Source of the DNA: Zygophlyctis sp. KS116
Taxonomy: Eukaryota > Fungi > Chytridiomycota
Assembly (NCBI GenBank): GCA_054661495.1
Contig: BAAFSQ010000303.1
Coordinates: forward strand, 1-11,902
DNA: 11,902 bases
Reading direction: 5' to 3'
Shown here: piece after piece, positions 1-8,359 of the stretch
Layout: every line of letters begins with the position of its first letter
How positions within the stretch are numbered: the stretch's first letter is position 1
Made by a program: the position numbers and the translations under genes
The notes under the pieces: generated by a model
Databases searched by the model: none
What the model was told of the DNA's origin: nothing
What the model saw: only the letters and a program-made list of their open reading frames with translations

Positions 1-150
1 GATCCAGAAGGCCAGCAGGAATTCGTTGGAAACGAGCAATATGATCCAGAAGGACAGAGAATATATGTAGCGAATGAGCAGTATGTTCCAGAAGGAGATG
101 AGGCATATGATGTCACCGAACAATATCATCCAGAAAGACAAGAATTATCT
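1..150 (+). repeat. Degenerate 42-nt (14-aa) coding tandem repeat, EQY-x-PE-G motif, about 3.5 copies visible, probably continuing upstream
   Basis: Translation: DPEGQQEFVGNEQY / DPEGQRIYVANEQY / VPEGDEAYDVTEQY / HPERQELS. The DNA motif tccagaa recurs every 42 nt. Confidence 0.75.
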
Positions 151-3100
151 GCAATAGGGCTGAATTCTATTCCTTATAGCTTTGAAAATCCTGAAAATCT
201 AGCCGCGGCTTTTAATCTTAATCTTCAGACTTCAGAATTATCCCAATCAGTACCAAAAGTTCAAATGTCCGAAACGGCTCAATTAAGTGACTCAATAATG
301 ATTGGCAATTATGAAAACGCAGATACTTCAAAACATGTTTCTTGTTTTGGAGGATGCAACATCACTGATATAGATATTGTCAGCTCGATGTATTTATCAT
401 TTGATTGGACAATTGAATCATTTTTAACAGTTAAAAATTCTCAAGAAAAAATAGTATCTCCGCCTTTTGGATCAAAAGACAGATATTATCAGCTCATTTT
501 GTATCCTCACGGAGCTAGTGAAGGCGCCGGCTCTTTTGTATCCGTTTTTTTAAAACCGATCAAAAGCTTACAGGAGGAAAAACAAGGAAGGGATTGGTGG
601 AGGCCTATAACTGAATTTACCATCCATGCGTTTGGCCCTTCATCGGACACTCCACTCATTACAGAATCTTCAGATGCCAATGAATTTGCTGGATTTAGTG
701 CAACTAATTCGGCTTGGGGGTTTGCCAAGTTTTTGCAACTAGATTTTTTACAATCATCTTTAACAGCCGACGGGGCTCTGTCTTTGCAAGTAGAGCTTTA
801 TTGGCCGGAAACGGAGGTCCTTGATTCTATCCATTATAATCTTGACATTCCTTCACAACTATCCGAACCGAAAATATTTGGCCCTTTTGGAAATAATATG
901 GCCAGTTGGGACGTCAAGATCTGCTGTAATGAAGAAAAAGGCCAAAAGTTTTTGGCAGTATATCTGGAACTTTCTCCTCCAAATCAAGGATATCGTAAAA
1001 TTGCATCTATGAAAGCCATGATGGTATGCGGGGAATCTGTACTATCTAAAACTTTAACTGGTGGATTTACATTTTCGTCGGTCGAAAACAGATTTGGTTG
1101 GGACAAATTTTGCTCTTTATCTGATATTGATTTTTCAGCTGGTTGTGGATTGGAGATACAGGTAGATTATGCACGGTCCTCATTGAACTTTAACTCTGAT
1201 GAAGTGAATGAAGCGGAGGCACTAAAACGTGAAGTTTCAGCTATTCAGGAATCGAAAGCTTATCTTTTAACATCTTTAAGAAAAAAGGAAAATGAAATTG
1301 CTAGTCTTAATGAAAATCTTAAATCAAAATCTGCGAATATAACTAAACTTCAAGAACTTGTGGGCTCTTTAAGAAATGAACTCAATGAAGCCCATGATTC
1401 CAACCAACATATGATCAATTCTGAAAAGAAACTTTTATTTTTGAAAGATAAGCTTCTCTCATTGACAGATAAAATTCACTCTGATACACTCTCTACCAAC
1501 ATTTTGCCACCAGATATATTAAGTCTTAAGCAGCAGGTACACGAATCTTTGCTTAAGAATTCTAAGATAGAATCAGAACTGCTGGTAATCAAAGAAGAAT
1601 TAGAGGCCAAGAAAATGGAGGTTTCTGATTTGAGAGTTTCATACGCCGCTCAGGAAACAAATTCATCTGATTTTAGTGATGATATACCGACGACTTTACC
1701 GGAATCCATGGGGAAAGTTCGCGAGGAAATAGCGGAAACAAATCTAGCTATTGAAGAAGCCACTTTTAAAATGCCTGCAGCATATGATCACGAGAGTAAT
1801 GTCGAGCGTGCAAATATCTCTGCAGATTTACTAGTTCGTCTCGCAGAGTTGGAAGTTTCCAGAGCCAATCTTCTGTCAAATTTACCATTTACTAATTTTG
1901 ATGATTCAACAGAATTGAATACTTTACACAATGATCTATCTGAATCACGAGCAAATATTTTTGCAATAATCAGGGATCTGGACGTTGATGGATCATTTTT
2001 GCAACCTGAAATTTATAAACCACAACAATCGCAGACAAATTCTCGAAATGAAGAAATCCAAGTTATGTCACCTCTCAAGTTAGATAACCCATTGCAAACA
2101 CCCTCTAAATATACTCATACTGAAAGTTTTCAGCATCAGATCAGTCCTGAAGTGCAAGCATCCAAAGTTATTGTGGAGAATGTGAACGAAATGAAGACCG
2201 TTTTAGATCAATTTAAACAGATAATATCAACGGAACCTTCTCGAATCGAAAATATAATAAGATCTGCAAATTTAAAATCACACAAAGAAGAGCGAGAAAC
2301 GGCCCCTGTAGATGTGGAGAAATGGGATCCACCCTTAAAAAGAAATGTGGTACCTTGGTCGAATATTCAGAATCCTGCATCGGTAATTTAACCCATACTT
2401 ACTTTTTTAGAATAAGTCCGGCAGTGTATCAATCTTTTCATTGTTAGCAGTATTATCTGCTATTATTTTTGCAATTTATGCTTCTGTATTTGTTGTATGC
2501 TCTCCAAATCTCATCAAACGTGAATCTTCTGTTCCTTCCTTTGTAAATTCGCCTGATATACAGTATGTATGCTCTTCTATTGTACTGCCAGCATGGCAGA
2601 CAATTAGTGATATTGGACATTCTAATGTTGAATATATGGTATTGGATTTCTTCCCGGATATATTTAAGAAAGCAACTGATGGCACAGAAAGGTTCCTTAA
2701 ATTCAATAGAAAATCTTTGAATATGATCAAAAAGAAAATATTCAGCAAACATTTGATGCACTCCACACCAGAAAAATCTGAACCTAAGTCAGAGCAGAGT
2801 GTTCAGATTTCCGAAGTTACGCCCCTTGCTAGTGTTAAGACTGAAATTTATCCTAGTATCAATCAAAGATCCAAATCCTTGCATAGAAAGGGCGGGAAAT
2901 CTTTTGAAACATCATCAGAATCTGTGCAGTCAGAGCTTTTCAGTTCATTTTCTGATGATGGTGGCGCATCAAATACGCTTGATGTGAGTGTAAATCATGA
3001 TAGCATATCAAATACACCTGATGTGAATGCAAATGATGATAGCATATCAAATACAATTGATGTGAGTGTAAATCATGATAGCATATCAAATACACCTGAT

Positions 3101-4054
3101 GTGAGTGTAAATCATGATACCATATCAAATGTACCTGATGTGAGTGTAAATGATGATACCATACCAAATACACCTGATGCGAGTGCAAATGATGATACCA
3201 TATCAAATACACCTGATGTGAGTGTAAATCATGATAGCATATCAAATACACCTGATGTGAGTGCAAGTTATGATACCGTTGATAGAGATGGACAATCAAA
3301 TATTCCTGATGTGGATATTCCTACTGAAGACCTTGAAATGATTTCTAAAATTAGCATGGCTCAAGCAGATTCCAATTCTTTTGAAACAATTTCTAATCTG
3401 GTCTCGAATGAGGAAGCAAAAAGGCCGGAATCTTTCAGTTCATTTCCTACTGAAATTTCAGATAATCAGAGCTTAAATGACGTGACGGAAAGAACCGATG
3501 GTGAATTTTCAACAAGTACTATAGCTGATTCGGATAACAGTACACTTTATGATGTCTCCAGAACTGATAGCTTGCCTACTATTGAAGATATTCAAAATAC
3601 TCCAAATCATAATACTGAAAATGACCCATCATCACCGAGCGATTCTACACTTCAGCTCACCACTGTTTTGAATCAACAATGTATGATTGCTTCGTTATCA
3701 TTGCCAACCAGTAAAATTGAAACACTGGAGAATTTAAATGAAGATATTGAAACTAGTGGTGAGCTGGAAATTGGAATCGAGCCTCGGAGCGATTCTGATA
3801 GTGGAATCTTGGAAAGTGGAATCGAGTCTAGAAGGACTCTTTTGGATTCTGATGATATTCTTCAACCAGATTCTGCAGCAAGTGGGGAAATTGTAGAGTC
3901 ATTGGGAAGCACTCAAAGTAGCTCAGAGATTGTTAATGGCTCTCATACAGTGACAGAGTCAGTGGCTGGGCTAATCGAATCATCTCATGTTGAAATAGAG
4001 GATATTAGTACTGAATCTCAAGAAAAGGAAATTTTGGACAGTCATGAGACTTGA
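1..4054 (+). CDS. 5'-partial tandem MATH (TRAF-like) domain, coiled-coil, single-TM protein with long acidic Ser/Asp/Glu-rich tail; join(<1..2382,2411..4054), >1341 aa
   Basis: Frame 1 is open from base 1 (DPEGQQEFVGNEQY...) into ORF 265..2391. MATH-like motifs occur twice: FDWTIESF...SPPFG...YQLILYPHG...VSVFL...WGFAKF, and GPFG...WDVKI...LAVYLEL...FGWDKF. A heptad-rich coiled coil follows. A 28-nt GT-AG intron joins it in frame to ORF 2441..4054 (NPAS|NKSGSVSIFSLLAVLSAIIFAIYASVFVVC, a hydrophobic TM segment). Confidence 0.8.
2383..2410 (+). other. Spliceosomal intron, 28 nt, phase 0
   Basis: GTAATT...TTTTTAG; removal fuses the two long ORFs in frame. Confidence 0.8.
2969..3280 (+). repeat. 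39-nt (13-aa) coding minisatellite, 8 copies, consensus SNTPDVSVNHDSI
   Basis: Unit tcaaatacacctgatgtgagtgtaaatcatgatagcata repeats at exact 39-nt spacing from 2969; the last unit starts at 3242. Confidence 0.95.
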
Positions 4055-4241
4055 TTTATTGTAACAATGTTCAAGACCTTGACAAACATTTTTAGTGCTT
4101 TACAAGGTCTGGATTTAATCTCTCGGATCTGTGGAAGATTATCTTTAGAGAATGACATCTGCAGAAGATCCGATTGCGAATAAGGGTTCAAGGGTTGGAA
4201 GAAGAAAAATAAATTTGCTTATTAGTCTTATTACATTTAAT

Positions 4242-5219
4242 TTACCAACTAAACACCGAGTCCAAGAACTGATTCCAGTAGCTCGGACGAATAAAATCCT
4301 GATCAAAAGAATGATCCATTTCAGATTCCGTCTTTTTAGAATATACTTGGGTCTGAACTGTTTCTCTTGAATTTTCTTTTGGTCGCGAGTTTTCCTTTGA
4401 TTGTCCATAAACTGTATCATGGGAAATTTCATGAGATGCATTAGGGGATGTAGTATCCTTGAAATCAAGAGAATCTTTTGCATCATGAAAGTTGACTCTG
4501 GGCGTATCTTTAGCATTTGTAAACCTTGGAGAAATTTTCAAAGGCTGAGGCTTCAATGTAGAAATCCTTTCCAGTTTTCCAATTGAAAATAATTCCTAAA
4601 TAATTTAAATTCAAGAATATAATACCCCCATTTTAACACTTAGAGCCCAAGAATTATCAATTAATTTCCCATCATATTCTTTTATTGCTAAAACACCTTG
4701 TCTTGTAGCAAAAGTAACCACCATCCAATTCCCATTCTCATCATCTGATTTTCTAAAAGAAATGACATTATCTACAGACTTTGCTAAATCCAAAACTTGA
4801 TTCCATTTGTACGGAGGAAAACCTAAAAGAGTCACAGAAGTTGCATTCTTTAATGGAGTACTTGCATTACTTGTACTCATCATGGCATGATTATTACTGG
4901 TATAAGTACTTTGAGGAGTACTAGTATTTGTAAAATTCGTACTAGTTGAACCCAAAGTAAAACTTGCAGCCTGAAGTGGATTTAAAGAGAATATTGAAGA
5001 GACTGGGGGTCTATCATCTTCATCTACATTTGAGACTTCCATCGGCCTTGGAGAGTTTTTCCTAGAGTATGGTGATTTTGGCTTTCCTCCTCCCAATGCA
5101 TCCAAGAACAATGAAGGGAAAGTAGATTTTTCTGTCAGAGTTTCAGTTGGTTTCTGTGAATAATCAAACGACTCTTTGGCTTTTGTCTTTATGTTCCAAG
5201 GCGAAGTTGAAAATTCCAT
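4242..5219 (-). CDS. NUP53: Nucleoporin Nup53/Nup35 family; complement(join(4242..4595,4626..5219)), 315 aa
   Basis: Nup35-type RRM (VTLLGFPP...GNWMVVTFAT...YDGKLI...SVK), disordered Ser/Thr/Pro-rich N-terminus, and a C-terminal amphipathic helix SYWNQFLDSVFSW typical of the family. A 30-nt intron joins ORFs 4611..5219 and 4242..4556 in frame. Confidence 0.85.
4596..4625 (-). other. Intron, 30 nt, phase 0, contains in-frame TGA
   Basis: GTATTA...ATTTAG on the minus strand; spliced product VKMG|ELFSIGK continues in frame. Confidence 0.85.
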
Positions 5220-5322
5220 TTATTCTCTGGCGCTACCTCAACCCAGCAATTTCATGTTCATTTGCCTCTGATCCATGCTCACGCCACTAACAAGTGCATG
5301 TGATTCCATTGTTTTTTAGAAA
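5220..5322. promoter_or_regulatory. 103-bp divergent (bidirectional) promoter region between NUP53 and the small membrane protein
   Basis: Head-to-head ATGs at 5219 (-) and 5323 (+); contains TGGCGC (5228-5233). Confidence 0.55.
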
Positions 5323-5682
5323 ATGATTAGAAAACTCCTCTGCTTCCTTCTTTTAGCATTGGTATTTGCTGCTCCTCCTCCAAATACTGATGAAAATCAA
5401 CCCGATTTCAGACAAAACTTGAGAATGGGATTCAGGACTGATAATGTGGTTGACAATCAAAGACTAGATATCAATGGTCAGTCTAGGGATGCATCCGGTA
5501 ATCTTAAGGCTGGCAGTAGTACTTTAAGTGAGTCCGGACAGACTAGTACACAATCAAACAGTCTTACAACTGGACTGATTGTACTCTTGGTAGGTGCTGG
5601 AGTTGCTGGAATTGCATTCTCTATTTATCGGTTTCAGAAAAAGGTTCAAAGTAAACAGGCTCAACAAGAGACACAGGCTTAA
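5323..5682 (+). CDS. Small type I membrane protein of unknown function, 119 aa
   Basis: Signal peptide MIRKLLCFLLLALVFA, polar ectodomain with Ser/Thr-rich stalk, TM GLIVLLVGAGVAGIAFSIY, basic stop-transfer RFQKK, short Gln-rich tail. A-rich context before the ATG. Confidence 0.8.
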   Translation: MIRKLLCFLLLALVFAAPPPNTDENQPDFRQNLRMGFRTDNVVDNQRLDINGQSRDASGNLKAGSSTLSESGQTSTQSNSLTTGLIVLLVGAGVAGIAFSIYRFQKKVQSKQAQQETQA

Positions 5683-5713
5683 CTAGAAAAACTAGAAAAA
5701 GTTTGAATTTCTT

Positions 5714-7582
5714 CTATTCAAATATTTGAGAATTGTAACGTCCAAGTGAAATGTCTTGTGGAGAATTTCCCTAGAATTAATGATAAAAATTACCTCTAAA
5801 TAATCTTTCAAGAGTCCAGAAGAAGCTAAAACTAGCCCAAGGAAAGCGGCTGTAGGTTTAATAGGTCGAGTTTTATATTCTGGATGATATTGAGTTGCAA
5901 CAAAGAAGGGATGATTTTCAAGTTCTAGTATAATCATTCTTTCTCCTTTAGAATCTTTTCCAATAAATTTCATTCCATTTGATTCAAGTTTTTGTACGTA
6001 GTCTGGGTTGACTTCGTAGCGATGACGATGTCTTTCATAGATTTTAGAAACTCCACCATATAATTGTCTTGTGATAGATTTTTCAGAGTCTGGAGTGAAA
6101 ATGGTTTCACGGGATCCAAGTCGCATTGTGCCTCCCATGTGGGATTTTGATATTTCAGGCATAAAAATAACAACTGGATGGGGTGTTTCCTTGTCTAATT
6201 CAGTTGAGTTTGCATTTTCTAGACCGCAGACGTTTCTTGAATATTCAATAACTGCAATTTGAAGTCCCAAACATATACCCAAGAATGGAATCTTGTTTTC
6301 TCTGGCCCATTTAACAGCCGCTATTTTTCCTTCTGTTCCTCTTTCTCCAAATCCTCCTGGAACTATTACTCCAGATCCAGAGACTAGTTTCTTCCATGCA
6401 TCATGATATTTTCCTGGATTATTCAACAAATTTGAAGGTTCCAAGTCTTCCGCTTCAACCCAATCTAATTTCAGCTTTCTATTGATAGAAAGTGCTGCAT
6501 GTTGAAGAGACTTGACAACAGAAATATAAGAGTCTTGTAAACTTGTATATTTTCCTACTAGCACAATTGAAACTTCATCGTGTAATCTTTCAACTCTATA
6601 CTGTTAATATAAAAAAATTACCTAGAAGACAGTTGCTTCCATTTTGATAAGAGAATAGACTGTGCAGGATCAATAGGAGGAGTTAAATCAAATCTCTTTA
6701 ATAGTAAATCCAACAGCCCTTGAGTCTGCATTAGGAGAGGAACTGCATATACCGAAGTACAATCATGCACTCCGATCACGTGGTCAGGCTGTACATGACA
6801 AAACATTGCAATTTTTGCCTGAACATCACTTGCCAAAGGAATAGCAGAACGACAAGCAACCTAAGCAATCAAATTCTAAAAACCTACAATATCTGGAGTT
6901 AAACCTAAACCTCGCAAATCTCTAACACTAGCCTGTGTTGGTTTAGTCTTTTGTTCTCCAACTGATCCTACAACAGGCACTAAAGAGACATGAATCAGAC
7001 AAAAATTATTTTTCCCAACTCTAAATTGAAATTGTCTCAATGCTTCAATAAATGGAGCTGATTCAATATCCCCAACAGTCCCTCCCAACTTTATAAATTA
7101 GATAAAATATTGTATACCTCAACAATGCATACATCAGGAGTCAATCCAGACTCATCTACTGGAATTTCTGCTACACGTTCAATCCAATCCTGAATTGCAT
7201 CAGTAATATGTGGCACCACTTGAACAGTTTTACCCAAATATTCCCCTTTTCTCTATATATTTAGTCTAATTAGATAAACCTCTCTTTCAATAACTTGTTT
7301 ATAAATCTTTCCAGTTGTAATATTGTTATCTCGAGTCAATGTAATATCAAGAAATCTTTCATAATTTCCCAAATCTAAATCTACTTCTCCCCCATCATCA
7401 AGAACAAAAACTTCCCCATGATCTAGCGGAGATAATGTTCCTGCATCAATATTCAAGTATGGATCAATCTTGATCGATGTCACTCTAAATCCAAGAGATC
7501 GAAGTAAAAGTCCGGTTGATGATGCAATCACACCCTTTCCAATCCCTGAAATAACTCCACCAGACACAATGATGTATTTCAT
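5714..7582 (-). CDS. URA7: CTP synthase; complement(join(5714..5770,5794..6595,6622..6860,6888..7088,7118..7252,7280..7582)), 578 aa; ends at 5692 if the last intron is not spliced
   Basis: Synthetase motifs [68 protein letters not shown]. Glutamine amidotransferase motifs VPGGFG, GICLG (catalytic Cys), [15 protein letters not shown] (His/Glu). Splicing restores ERE|[21 protein letters not shown]|LGG and PDI|VACRS. Confidence 0.97.
5771..5793 (-). other. Putative intron, 23 nt (CTP synthase intron 5)
   Basis: GTAATT...TTCTAG with the same donor as other introns. The spliced C-terminus is [18 protein letters not shown], but the unspliced frame is also open, so splicing is not forced. Confidence 0.6.
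6596..6621 (-). other. Intron, 26 nt, phase 2 (CTP synthase intron 4)
   Basis: GTAATT...CAGTATAG; only the distal TAG restores SSR|[16 protein letters not shown]. Confidence 0.9.
6861..6887 (-). other. Intron, 27 nt, phase 0 (CTP synthase intron 3), in-frame TAG
   Basis: GTAGGT...CTTAG; restores PDI|VACRS. Confidence 0.92.
7089..7117 (-). other. Intron, 29 nt, phase 0 (CTP synthase intron 2)
   Basis: GTATAC...TAAAG; restores CIVE|[10 protein letters not shown]. Confidence 0.93.
7253..7279 (-). other. Intron, 27 nt, phase 0 (CTP synthase intron 1); the acceptor TAG is itself the in-frame stop
   Basis: GTTTAT...ATATAG; restores IERE|RKGEYLG. Confidence 0.93.
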
Positions 7583-7618
7583 AATTTATTTTTTTTAAAG
7601 CTTATCTGGTGATAAATT

Positions 7619-8167
7619 TTATATAAAATCCTTGTTAATTCGTATAAGAAAATATGCATCGGGCGACTCTATTCTATTTGGTGCATAGTAACCATGAACA
7701 ATCTTATCTATATAAAATCCATGATGTTTATAAAATGCAACTGCTGATGCATTACTGGTTTGAACATGTAGACAAACATATAATACATTTTTCATTTTTC
7801 TTACAAGATCCAGCATGTGTTTTAAAAGATGAGATCCAATTGAAAGGCGTCTATAAGACTCGATTACTCCAAGAGTCATAATATATACACGATATTGAGG
7901 TTTTATAATACTATTATCAATGTTTTCTTTACGGCAACATATTGTTCCTATTGGTTCAGATAAATGATATGCTAAAATATAAAGAAATCCCAAGTTACCA
8001 ATACAAGATAGTTCTGATGGATACAAGTTTACAACATCATTATAAAATCCATCATGATAAGATACAGGGAATAAGACAGAATTTAAAAATCTTAGATTAC
8101 TTATATTGTCGATTGTAATTGGTAGTAGATAAATGGAACTATTGAGGGATTTAGAGTCGTTGATCAT
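7619..8167 (-). CDS. NAA50: N-alpha-acetyltransferase 50-like (NatE catalytic subunit, GNAT); complement(join(7619..7971,7999..8167)), 173 aa
   Basis: LNSVLFPVSYHDGFY, GTICCR, YIMTLGV...YRRLSIGS (acetyl-CoA-binding motif), LHVQTSN..AVAFYKHHGF and YY..RIE.PDA match the Naa50/Nat5 pattern. Confidence 0.88.
   Translation of the reverse strand: MINDSKSLNSSIYLLPITIDNISNLRFLNSVLFPVSYHDGFYNDVVNLYPSELSCIGNLGFLYILAYHLSEPIGTICCRKENIDNSIIKPQYRVYIMTLGVIESYRRLSIGSHLLKHMLDLVRKMKNVLYVCLHVQTSNASAVAFYKHHGFYIDKIVHGYYAPNRIESPDAYFLIRINKDFI
7972..7998 (-). other. Stop-free in-frame intron, 27 nt, phase 1, hidden in the NAA50 ORF
   Basis: GTAACT...TTTTAG. Removal deletes GNLGFLYIL and gives ELSCIAY, matching the spacing of Naa50 ELAKLAY. 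Confidence 0.8.
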
Positions 8168-8359
8168 AAAGAAATCGCGTATTTCCGAAGATCTGCAAAA
8201 TTAATGATTTACAGATTTTAATTTTACAAGTGATTTAATAGAGATTTACAAGATATTTAATAAATTTTTTAGTTTTTTAGTCTTTTAGGGACTCTTGACA
8301 ATCAGTAGATCTTGCACAATTTAGTCTACGTCATTCAAAACTCTCCGTTTTACACAGAA
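8168..8359. promoter_or_regulatory. 192-bp divergent promoter region between NAA50 and the NHL protein
   Basis: Head-to-head ATGs; very AT-rich with a single CGCG (TCGCGT, 8175-8180). Confidence 0.5.

Noticed and set aside
507-2987. Short ORFs 507..728, 821..1012, 2453..2761, 2476..2766, 2799..2987
   Set aside because: Alternative-frame or antisense overlaps of the MATH gene with no recognisable motifs.
2969-3280. CRISPR-like array
   Set aside because: Units are contiguous with no unique spacers, in frame within a eukaryotic CDS, and there are no cas genes.
2940-3299. Minus-strand His-rich repetitive ORF (YHDLHSHQVYLIC)n
   Set aside because: Antisense shadow of the 39-nt coding minisatellite; a stop-free unit propagates an open frame automatically.
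4145-4586. ORFs 4145..4516, 4152..4370, 4401..4586
   Set aside because: They overlap NUP53 exon 2, whose frame is fixed by the splice junction and the conserved C-terminal helix.
5294-5319. Possible 26-nt 5' UTR intron (GTGCAT...TTTTAG) just before the ATG at 5323
   Set aside because: Size fits, but there is no reading-frame constraint to test it and the upstream ATG at 5275 would be out of frame; unsupported without transcripts.
5683-5700. Tandem 9-nt duplication CTAGAAAAA x2 between convergent genes
   Set aside because: Could be a slippage product or transposon footprint, but it is low complexity and there is no element; not supportable.
5692-7582. CTP synthase (and other genes) as frameshifted pseudogenes or a non-standard genetic code
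   Set aside because: Every break is explained by a GT-AG intron restoring conserved motifs; catalytic residues are intact and TAA/TAG/TGA act as stops.
5970-7881. ORFs 5970..6173, 6071..6262, 7654..7881
   Set aside because: Shadows of CTP synthase and NAA50 coding sequence.
8206-8288. Short repeated TTTACA(A)G and TTTTAG motifs in the divergent promoter
   Set aside because: Expected by chance in very AT-rich DNA; irregular spacing.
8312-8359. TTG start at 8312 for the NHL gene (likewise 11555 for POM33 and 2441 for the MATH gene exon 2)
   Set aside because: Non-ATG starts from a prokaryote-style caller. ATG 8360 begins the signal peptide, ATG 11525 fits POM33, and 2441 is inside an exon.
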